Assembly: GCA_973895155.1 (NCBI GenBank)
Contig: OZ316895.1
Span: 14,132,225-14,196,224, forward strand
DNA from: Marsupella aquatica
Lineage: Eukaryota > Plantae > Marchantiophyta
Direction of reading: 5' to 3'
DNA length: 64,000 bases
Part shown: positions 26,501 through 36,868 of the stretch, one piece after another
How positions within the stretch are numbered: the stretch's first letter is position 1
How the letters are laid out: every line of letters begins with the position of its first letter
Program-made: the position numbers and the translations under genes
The notes under the pieces: model-generated
The model's database searches: none
Seen by the model: only the letters and a program-made list of their open reading frames with translations
Told to the model about the DNA's origin: nothing

Positions 26501-26955
26501 TCATTCATGAGAGATTTCGTTATAAACGCCTGTGCTTCGAGGACGATGAGCAGTTTCTCTTGGATTTCTGGTTTCACAATTGACAGGAAATCCGAGGTGA
26601 TTGTGGTCGATGCGAAAACGATGTCATCAGATCCAGTTGCAGTTATTGAAATACCTTCAAGAATACCGTATGCCTTTCATTCGTCGTTTTTGACCGAGGT
26701 AAGCAAGCCTGCTGAATCGATGGATGCACTGTGTGCTTTTAGTCAAGCCTTCCACTGTCTGGTAATTGGGTGAAATGGGTGTACTGGTTCCATTATCGCA
26801 ATGTGATTACGCCGCAGGTTTATCGTAGAGTGTCGTAGTTTGTTATTGAGAAACCCCTTCAGGATCAATTAGTTGCAGATTACTCCAGTGTGGAACTTAA
26901 TCTGGAGTGGTTCTTATCGTGTCTGCAGGAACAACTGCGGTTACAAAAGTCGTAG
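20502..26955 (+). CDS. CCD1: CCD1-like carotenoid cleavage dioxygenase, paralog B (about 642 aa, 15 exons, N-terminal plastid-transit-like extension)
   Basis: Exons 20502-20733, 20911-21197, 21894-21964, 22298-22312, 22698-22809, 23656-23755, 23961-24023, 24407-24517, 24646-24833, 25013-25151, 25414-25531, 25684-25785, 26132-26383, 26587-26698 and 26929-26955 total 1929 nt in frame, ending at TAG. All four His ligands are present (FTAHPK, MMHDF, FILHT, YAFHS), along with GNYAP, GPNP, WFDGDG, YGSEP and EDDGYL. The exon-2 acceptor at 20911 is the least certain boundary. Confidence 0.93.
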
Positions 26956-27829
26956 TGGGGTGCTCTGTTCTGTAGCCAGGCCCGACATCTGGGATATTCT
27001 ACTCACTTTGCTCCAGGATAGATGCTTAAGTACATACGTTATTGGTCGCATTGTGAACCTCAAAATAAATTCGTGCTGCTGAATACTTTTAATCTCTCAT
27101 CTGAAATATATATATATATATGCATAGCTTGACACTGTATAGGTGTAATATTTGGACAATCCGATTCCTCCCCGTCGGTAGGCGATTGCGCCAATTCTGA
27201 AATACGCACTTCAGTACGTGATGCGTGATGGGTTGTCCAGGAATTGGGTCATCTGTTCGAAGCGAACAACAGATGGAAGAGAGGTTTCTGTTCCCATCTG
27301 CACCTGTGCCGCAGATGTGCACAAGAGGTGAAGAAATTATCCTAACTTGGTATACTACACACCGAGGACAAAGACATTCCTGCAATCAATTACTCTTCAT
27401 ACCACATGTCCATGGCAAAATCTTTGCACAAATTGGCCGAGGATGGTGGGGATGTTGGGGAGTCGCACGTCATCAACGACTTGATTTCAATCAACTTATC
27501 TTTCATCTTGAAGTGCACGTTCGACGCTTAGCTACAGGAAAGATGATCCCTGTGCTGCAGCTCCTGACCACTCAATAATGAATCACAAACTTGAGCATGA
27601 GTTTTGAGTGCAGTGGACTCCAACAAGGCGGCAAGGGACTGGCAGTTCAGGGAATAAAGATCGACCTTGCCAATGAAGGCGAGATCCCTCCAGATGGGGA
27701 TAGATACTAATTGACCGAAGCTGTCTCCAACTTTGCTCTCGTGAGACCAGATCCGCATGGCCAACAAATCTCTCCCCTAACTGGCGACTGAAAAAGTGAT
27801 CCAAGTATCCAATACTTCTCCCTTCCTCA

Positions 27830-28085
27830 CATTCCTCTCCTCTAGGGAGTTCCACAATTTCACAAAAAAGGTACTAAAAATCACATTCCTCTCCTCTAGG
27901 GACTTTGTTCCACAATTACAAGGAAAAGGTACTAAAACTGGTGAAACCTAAGGTACTAAAATTGGTGAAACCTTGTGGATCCTGGTTTTGTCATGGACAA
28001 TGGCCCTTTGTTCCACAATTACATGGACAAGGTACTAAAACTGGTGAAACCTTGCGTATCTAGGTTTTGTCATGAACAGTGGCCC
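27830..28085. repeat. degenerate tandem repeats (aaggtactaaaactggtgaaacc units)
   Basis: ttccacaatt..aaggtactaaaa..ggtgaaacc recurs 3-4 times, and cacattcctctcctctaggga is duplicated. Confidence 0.75.
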
Positions 28086-29168
28086 TTTAACAAGGGCAGC
28101 TCTAAAAAGGGCCCAGTGGGTTAAAATAGTCAATGAGATTTGCTACCTTGCCATGATTTTCTAGCAAAATTGCTACTTTGCTACTATTTTAAGTCATCTA
28201 TATATCAAAATGTCCTGATTTTATCCCCAGTTAAACTTGGGTTAGTGGAATCTGCATCAACAAAACATGTTACCATGTGGCAGTGTACAACAGGTGGCTA
28301 ATTGGCAACCCATGCTCACTTACGGCCCCAGAATACACCCCAACCTCAACCGTGTTTGCCCAACAGGCAGGGGCAATAGGGGGCTATGTGTTTGTACTGG
28401 TATACATCTGCATGTAGCCCTTTGCAGCCACAGGGTGTGCTAATAAGTACTGCCCCTTGGATGACCCCTTTGAATCAATCCACAGTGCAAAAATCCTTGA
28501 AAAGGTGCCAGTTGAGTTTTGTTCCTTGGATCCCAACTTTGTAAGCAGACTTGGGGGATTCTAGTGACATTATAAAAGTGCTCAAGCTTGAGCAATCCAT
28601 CAGAGATCTCTAGCAATGGGTATCTCAGCAGAGGCTTGCCCCCATACAGTACAACATTGATGTCCCACTTACACACACTAGATGTGCACCATTAGAGACC
28701 ACACTACCTGAGGAGAGCCTTGACCCCTTAACTACATCCATTGGAGGCTAGATATGGACCATTAGAGATCACATCGTTTCAGTGGTCTATTTTCCACCCA
28801 AAATTGTCTGAATTTGGATTTTGCATTTACCCTCTTCTTTTGGGGTCCCAGCAATTGCACATAAAATGTGACAATACATTGTGGATGTCATCACTCTATA
28901 CCAAGACAAACCCAATAGTTCTCTTTAAATCACTAAGTGCTATACATCCTACACCATATATTCTCACATGTTGATTGTAATTACCCTTCTGTTGTCTCTT
29001 CCCCTCTCCACCCCTTTTGCTTTTATTCTATTTTACTTTATTCGACTCTTCTCTATCAATTGGTCACTCATCCACAGTTAGGGATTTTTATGGGTTCCCT
29101 ATTGCTCATTTTTTTTCCAATTGGTTTTGTCCACTTGGACCCTCTTTTGTTTGTTCTTTTATACTCTT

Positions 29169-29425
29169 TGGTACTTTTCTGTTAAAAGATTGTATTTATT
29201 TAAGTTATGGAGCAAGTGTTTGGTACTTTTCTGTTAAAAGTTTGTATTTATTTAAGTTATGGAGCAAACGGGAAGTTAAGTTTGCATTTGCTCCGTCTGG
29301 TGCTGTACATGATCATTCACCCATAGATACGGAGCAAATGAGAAGCTTGCATTTGCAAACAAACATGCTAGGACAGAATTGCCGTTCACCCACAGATACG
29401 GAGCAAATGAGAAGCTTGCATTTGC
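29169..29425. repeat. two adjacent tandem duplications (about 51 bp and about 69 bp)
   Basis: tttggtacttttctgttaaa..gttatggagcaa occurs twice. ttcaccca.agatacggagcaaatgagaagcttgcatttgc occurs twice. Confidence 0.85.
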
Positions 29426-30984
29426 CGTTTGCAGCTTGCACCGCCTGGTAGATTGGCAATGGTGGCCAGCATAAAATGGCAACGTCTGCTGCCTGGCTGT
29501 GGTGCTCCTACTCAGCAATGCCAAGAGCAGCACACATCAACCAGGAAACTACCATAGCTTCGAATTACTTCTCAGCAAAAGCTTCCGTTGAGTACAAAAC
29601 AGAAAAAAAAAATACCAGGGTTCTGAGTGCTGTTGCTGTTCACAAGGGCCCCACTGTCACTCAAAATGGACACCTTGTCCAGTTTCAATATGGAGATTGA
29701 TTCTTCTTTCTTTGGTAAACTTCTAGTTGTGTGAATTGAGTTGGATTCAACGACGAAGTCGGCTCAGGAACTTTGAGTGCACGTTAGTGTCCACAATTTT
29801 AGTTCCTCACACCACATGAGATAGACTTGACCATTTAGCGTGACCAAGGGCACCAACTCCATAGTCTATGCCAATGCACGAGCTGGACAAGTCGATCAGC
29901 GACCGATGAGCATCAATTTGAGGGTCCACTGCCATGTTGTCCACGAGTTTGACCCTGATGAATTTTCTTGCATGAGCTTTCGGTCTTATCTAAAGTCCAG
30001 GCCCAAGTGGGTAGGCTTAAGGACCTGGGCCCACTAAATGTAAACCTGCAATGACTGTGTTAACGGACCTTTACAGGCCCTTTATTTTTACTAGCCTGAT
30101 TACCCGATAGAGATGACGATGGAGACCAAAAAAATATTGCAAAAAGAAAAGACTTGTATGCTGTCTCTTTCATCTCGACCCGCATCCCTTCTTTTGTCCA
30201 CCCTCACTTTCAGTCTTGTCCTTATTTAGAATCACCTTCAGTTTTGTCTCAATTGTCTTTATTGAGAGTTACCGTAGAGGCTTCACTCTAGACAGTGCCC
30301 CTGGAAAGTAGCTTTGCATTGCACTTTTGTATTAAGATTTTCCAAAAACATTTCCTCCCCTTCTTGTAGAACTTCAAGTCTTTTGCCAAAGTGTTGGGAT
30401 CGACTGCAGAAAAACCTTCTTACACTTTTTGTTTTCACCTTGCCAATTAAATATTCTGCAATGCTTCATTTTTTTCACCTCCTCGATCTTGCCAACGGAA
30501 ACTCTTGCTTGCTAGAAACAGACCCTGGGTGGGCGAGAGATTGCAACCCCTCCCCAGTGGTGGTTCCATGAGGTTGCCAGCCCTCCTTGGGCTTGAGAGT
30601 GCTTTACAAATAGTCCCTGTTCACCCTTTGCAAAAGTGAGGCCATTGCACTCCCTAAAGTTAAAATGCCTGTGCCAAACGGTGCCAGGTGGAGAAGAAAA
30701 TTGTGGGAGATCTTGGATAGAAATGGACCAAGTGGTCCAATGATCACCTCAAGGGGCAGTTTAAGTTTTCAGTAAAAGAGCATGGACACATCAGCAAAAA
30801 ACGAGGCCCTTAGTCGCATTGTGCCCCCAGTTAAGTTCATGTAAGTGAAGTCTGGTCTGTTCCCACATTTGAATGGATATAATTTACATTTAGAAAGGAA
30901 AAAAAAAACAGGCCTAGCCTCCAAGATCTTGCAAAGCGCACAGTAGGGGAGCCAATAGGGCATCTCATAGCAGGGCTATAAATG

Positions 30985-31340
30985 AGTTATGGCCAAGGAC
31001 ATAAAATGATTTAATTGTCAGAAGAAAAATATTACCGGCTACCTATAAAGGTGCCTTGTATGGATCAGATGCCCAAAATTCACAGCCCTAAACCTTAAAG
31101 CTAATGGCAGTAATTTTTTTGGATGTCTTGTCCTTATTGGGCACCCTATATAGGTAGCCCATAAGGTCCTGGCCATAAACCATTCAATCTGCTCGGCCAT
31201 ACCAATGTTTTGGCCCGATCCTTATGGGGTACATATATAAGTAACCTGTCAGGTTTTCTCCTGGCCATAAAACCATTTTATGTTCTTGGCAATACTAATT
31301 TTTGAGATATCTGATTCTTATGGGGCACCTATATACATAT
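30985..31340. repeat. inverted/direct repeat cluster, probably a MITE remnant
   Basis: ttatggccaagga pairs with tcctggccataa (two copies). ggctacctataaaggtgcc pairs with ggcaccctatataggtagcc. Confidence 0.5.
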
Positions 31341-31724
31341 TCGGTAAAGTTTTTCTCTTATACCTCACTTCCTACATCACTTACTACCCTCTTATAACAC
31401 GCCCTATTGCCATAGCTGCTACTTGCTCCAGACCTCATAAAGGCTTACTATCCTCTTATAACACCCCTATTGCTGCTTTGCTCCAGACCTTATAAAGGCA
31501 CCCTGCTCACACTCGTCACCCTGCTCAGTACTCGTGATTTGGGGCTCGATTGGCTATGGCACATGCCAAAAGCACGAGAGACTTGTCATTCTCGAAGCTA
31601 TGATTGAATACACGTGCTTTGCGATCCATTTGACACGACCACGACTTCCAGTCCTCTGGATGTAAGCTTAAAAGTAAGCTAAGAATCTCATCCATAACAA
31701 CTCATCAGCCATAGTTACAGTCAT

Positions 31725-31845
31725 ACTTCGTACCACCCATCGAAATGCATCACTTTTACGTATCACCCATAGAAATCCTTCACTTTTACGTATCACCCAT
31801 TGAAATCCATCACTTTTACGTATCACCCATAGAAAATTCCATCAC
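31725..31845. repeat. 30-bp minisatellite (about 4 units)
   Basis: cacttttacgtatcacccat(a/t)gaaa repeats with a 30-bp period. Confidence 0.9.
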
Positions 31846-33602
31846 TGTTACGGGGACGATTCGTTTGTTCTTGGGGTCGATTCCAAACTCCCGTTGCAGA
31901 AATGTTGTCGGCGGGAAATCTGTGAGGATTCGGACGAGGAGAATGATGAAACGCTGAGGAGCAGCGAGTGGAATAATAATAAAGAAAACTCCCACACAGT
32001 CAGACGGCTCTTCCTGTCATGAGTGTGGCACAAATGACTTTCGACAACTCACTCAACAACAGTACACACTCAACAACAGTACAGCCCAAAGTCCGTAGTC
32101 AGAGGTCGATTGCCTTTTAGCTGTGTGTGGCCAGTGATGGCGCGAGGTCCTTGATGCTCTTGCAATGCCATATCTCATTCTTTTATGCTTGGACTCAAGC
32201 ACAATAATGTTGTGGGGATTGAGATGAGATCGACGAGGAGTGAGATCACTAGGAACCGAGCGAAGAGCTGAGAAAGATCGAATCAACAACACCCGCAACT
32301 GCTCAGAAGACAGCGGACACCGTGGTCATCCATTGCCTGCCGGTGAAGGGGGGAAGAGGAAGAAGAAGAAGATTGGCAGAATGTTGGCAATGATGATGAT
32401 GATGATGAATCAGGTAGGGGAGCATTCGTTCATTCGCCTGCATGCGGGTCATTAGCTTTCAAGAGCCTTGATTCGATTCCTGGTTCGGCACTCGTGAAAG
32501 TCCAAAGCTTTTCTCAATCTCTAGTGAAAACGAATTCGGCAGGCACGAGGATTGGGAATGGCGTAGAAATATGTTCTGTCGAGGGACGGGAGAGAGATAG
32601 AAAGAGTCAAAGAAGGGGGATCAATTGAGGAAGATGGTAGAACTGATCGTCGTCGGTGGTCGCAGGTGGTCGATTAGACAGCGCAGCGAGGAGACCACTG
32701 AGCCAGCTGGGCGGATCGAGAATTGAACTGCCTCCTACCTGTGAAGGTTGCTGCAATGTCTCTTGTCTCTTTCTATTTGTCTTGAGGATGTGATGTCCGC
32801 AATGCTGCTTCTGTTGCCAAAAGAGCTGAGTTTGTGGTGTGTTTTCTTGGTAGGATATTTCTTTCCGTCTGACCGGCCGAGGTTGATAGCCATATGCTAG
32901 AGAGATGCTCTGTAATTGTCGTGAAGGGCAGTGTCTGCAGAACGCATATGCATGCGTAAGCAAACGAAAGCAAGCAAGCAAAATCGTTTTGCTTGTATAG
33001 GAACCGGACAAGGATGTGCGATTTCTCTCTCCGTCTTGGTCGGTACCGAGCGCAGCGTGACTACCATGATTTCTTTCTATCTTCGTCTGCCGTCCGAAAC
33101 ACGCCGATGGTCTAGTGACATTCAATTCAATTCTCTCATTCCTCTGCAAAGAAAGAAAGAACGACAGGACCGAGGCGATTCCTGGAGGACTAGCTTGACA
33201 CGACAAGATTTGCTACCAGCAATGTGGAAGGAAATACACGAATTGGTCTTCTTTTAGACCAGCGCTAGATTCGTAGTTTCGGAAGTTATATCTGATGACA
33301 TTTCTATTGAGAGTAAGGAAACATTGGTAGGGGTCCCTGCTTGCTTTACAGCTGATTGGGTGTCCCTTCTGCTTCTTCGGTCGTGGAGCTTAGATTTTTA
33401 GGAGAACGACCATTTGAGATTTAAATTGGCGGATGACCGAATTCAGTCATGACCTTGTATTGTAGGGGCTTTACTATCGATATATAATATAGGTGTGGTG
33501 ATCGACCCCCTGGACGGACAGTTTGTGATGTATCTATGGTCTTTGATGTTGCTCATTCGCTTGAACTACAACAATGCAGGTGCTTAAGTGCCTTCCCCGA
33601 TA

Positions 33603-35272
33603 ATGGGGGCACAAGCGTCCCATGAAAAGCAAGTGCTGGACGAAAAAAAGCGCTTGAAGACGTTAGAGACAGAGCAGGGCACGGATTTTCCCGGCTCCGA
33701 TTACCGGTCTCCCTCCGATGGAGCACGCAAGGAATGGATGTCCAGTTTGGACCTCGACAAAGTTCGTGTGAAGGATGTCTGCTGGCCTGGGACCCACGAT
33801 TCCGCCACAAACAAAATTGGCTTCCCTTGTGTGGTTCGGCCGTTTGCACAATGCCAGACCCTCTCCGTCTATGACCAACTCGTTCTAGGCGTGCGAGCTT
33901 TCGATATTCGGGTGGAGGAAACGGGTCATGTCTGCCATGGTATCCTCAGGTACTATTGAGATTTTATTTGGCTAGGATATTCGTCACATTGGATTGCATC
34001 AGGCTTGAGTTTTTGTGATCCACGGGAGTCGGTGATCTTTTGGTCTCATGGTTTTGCTTTCAACTCCTCCGATTTCCAGGACGTACAAAGTGGACGTTGT
34101 GATCGAAGACGTCAAGCGGTTCTTGAGCGAAACGAAGACAGAGTTCATCATTATTGAAATTCGAACGGAGTACCAGCACGCTGACCCTCCTGATTTCGAC
34201 AAGTTCCTCATCCAGCAGTTTGGTATGTTGAGACTTCCAACTCATTTCAAAATATGAACTTGAGCTACTTCTTTCTCAGACAGGGTGCAGTGAAACGGAA
34301 GCTTGTGAGATATTTGGGATGGGAGAGGAGTCGTGTTCATGAGTTCCTAGATCAGTTGAGAATGGTAAGACTAGATTTCAGGGTGTGCTCACATTACATA
34401 TTTATTAGAATGTCTCTCCTGCCATGCTGTGTGACTGGTTGGAGCAGGGAGAATCCATGAACAAGGCCTTAAGCAACAGCCAATTGCTATTCCTGGCCTT
34501 GTTCATGATGTGCTTTTGTTCCGATAGGCTTGACTTCCAAGTTTTGCCTTAATCTTGGAGCAGCAATGGTCTTCTGAACTAGGGTCCTAAAATTTGTTTC
34601 GAGTTGTCCCAAAAAGTCGTTGCTCAGGTTAGCTGAGCTTCGACAATGCCACGCTTAGAAGTCAGGCATTCATTCTAGAGGCTTGTTTGTCTCGTTTCAG
34701 TCGTAAAATCCAGTCTGTAGACCATCGAAAAATCAGAAGAACGCGGATAGTGAAGATTTTGATTGCCATAATTCATTTGCTCTACTGAGATTCTTCTCTG
34801 CACCATGATTATAGGTGAGGCACTTGTATCTCAAGACCAAGGAGTGTTCGACAAAACTTTGAGGGAGCTTCTTCCGCATAGAGTGATTCTAATTTGGAAG
34901 CCACAGACTGCCCCAGCACCGTCACCTGGCAGTCCCCTTTTCAGCTCAGGGTATATATATGACAACTGGACAGATACGGACTTGCCAGCAACGAAGTTCG
35001 ACAAGAACATTGAGTATTTAGCAAAGCAACAGACCAATGATGTGCGGAAGGTTTTCTACCGGGTGGAGAACACGGCAACTCCCCAAATAAGTAGTCTCAT
35101 ATTGTGCGTTTACCCTGTAACGACTCGGATACGGGGCTATGCGAGGTTGTTTGTTTCCCAGGTTAATAAGCAGGGATTGCTGGGTCATCTGCAAATCTTT
35201 TCCTCCGATTTCGTGGAGGCTGATTTTATCGATGTCTGCATTGGAATAACAATGGCAAGGACGAAAGGATGA
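33603..35272 (+). CDS. PI-PLC X-domain-containing protein (PLC-like phosphodiesterase, about 315 aa, 3 exons)
   Basis: Exons 33603-33949, 34080-34222 and 34815-35272 total 948 nt. Motifs WPGTHDSATNKIG, QLVLGVRAFDIRV, VCHG, DNWTDTDLP and FYRVENT are typical of the plant X-domain-only PI-PLC-like family. Starts MGAQAS. Confidence 0.9.
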
Positions 35273-36868
35273 TCCATCTCGTATTCTAAATACAGGAAGG
35301 TGCAATTTGTAGTTTGGGCAAAGTTTCCCGTGCAGTTCCTTCGAGAATGTATTTGTGCATTTTGTTTGCACGCTCGATTTGAGTGCTGATAGGACAAATA
35401 AGCTACCGGGATACTGCAACTATTTATATTCTTGCGGTGGCATTCCATTTGTTGTGTTCCATTTAGTAGTCTGGAAGGCCACCTAGTTGTACATAGCTTT
35501 GTTCGTGTCACATGTTTTAGTAATTTTATCTAAGATTGTCCTGCCTTCATCATCGAAGGCTTCTACTCTACACCACTGCTTTCATGCGGATACTATATTC
35601 AATCTAACCAATTGTAAGAAGCGCTCTGGGCGATGGTATTTTTTCTGTTGCGGGTGTAATAACTTTAAAAGCTGATTTCTTATCAAGCAATGTTCCGAAG
35701 CATTGCCTCCCACCTCTCGGAGATGCATGCAACAGCACCTGGTGTCCTTAAAACCAGCTCTTGAACAATCGTGCTTTTGCACCCAATGTGGTTTCTCGAT
35801 ATGTCAGCTCAATTGTAGGTCTGGAGGCAATTTAGAAGTGGGGCTTCTTGCACACTGCTCGGATGTCCGTCTCAATGAGGAGAAGCTTGGAATTGCTGAT
35901 GTTGTGGTATTTGGGACGCAAAGCCATCGAATGAACCATGTCCCGAGAACACAATGGATTTGGTACTGCTTTATAATGTCCCGTGTATAATGTAGTGAAA
36001 AGTGTCCCCGTTCTTTGTAGTGTGTCAAGAGGACGCAATTCTGCAGCAGGGTCGAAAGGCTATTGCCATCATTTTGTCACACTGTCCATCAATCTTTGTT
36101 TTCGTGAGATATTTACAGAGTAAAATCATCAAATGCCGGAAAAATACAACCACAATTGTTGTCAGATTGCACAATTCTGAGTAACAGCCTGGGCATGATC
36201 ACCAATTCCAGGCTTCTCTACATTTGCTTACGCGAAAAACCTTCTCAACAAGTTATACGACGCACAATCAATCCGCAGCCTTGCATTCTAAGTACAATAT
36301 CATGGAGGAGGTAATAACTATTCCTCCTTGACGAACGAAGTTGTCAAGTCACCTTTTTAAAGACTTTGGAAATTGTCCTTCATATTACAGCTAAGTACAT
36401 GCCGCGGGGCAGAAGTATCTCAATACATCACCTGCAACTAATTCAAGCACTACTCTATTTTACACAGGATGGATCACCAGATTACCAGAACGCATCGCTT
36501 CTAATTTACAACCTTGGGCACGCTATCAACAGCTATTCGATCACAGATGGCAGAGTCGATTAAACCCTGACAAGGTGAGACCCGGTGGACTCCATTTTCA
36601 TGCTACCTTTAGCACAGTTACAAGCTCGCTTATTGGACGAACATCTTGAGCTTCTGGTGGTCACAACTAATCCCAAGGATTCTACACTGCATCCCAATTA
36701 GCGCTGATTACTCTTTCAAAGCTGGCACCAGCAGCAGCCTAGTAAGACCTTATTCATCAGGTACAAATGTGATTCCATGGCCAACTCGCGGACTCAAGCG
36801 TCTGGAATGAGCTACACAAGAACAGTAGCTCATTTGCGGTATTTTGTTGATGTGGCGGTACCAATGCT

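Noticed and set aside
27100-27860. Possible LINE C-terminal (zf-RVT-like) remnant on the minus strand
   Set aside because: Only scattered Trp/Cys/His-rich peptides across broken frames, too weak to call.
27830-28085. Repeat–spacer-looking array resembling CRISPR (also 31725-31845 and 55605-55885)
   Set aside because: The intervening sequences are themselves repeated, the units are irregular, there are no cas genes and the context is eukaryotic. These are ordinary tandem or TE subterminal repeats.
32065-32090. agtacagccc matching the 3' end of miR529
   Set aside because: Only about 10 nt match, the 5' half does not, and no fold-back partner was seen.
32053-32298. ORF containing RSVPSDLTP..NPHN, superficially like a CLE peptide
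   Set aside because: It lacks the conserved GP(N/D)P spacing, has no signal peptide and has a non-ATG start.
32607-33206. 199-aa ORF, the longest non-TE ORF in the track
   Set aside because: Non-ATG start, no recognisable domain, and it lies antisense to the likely 5' leader/promoter of the PI-PLC-X gene.
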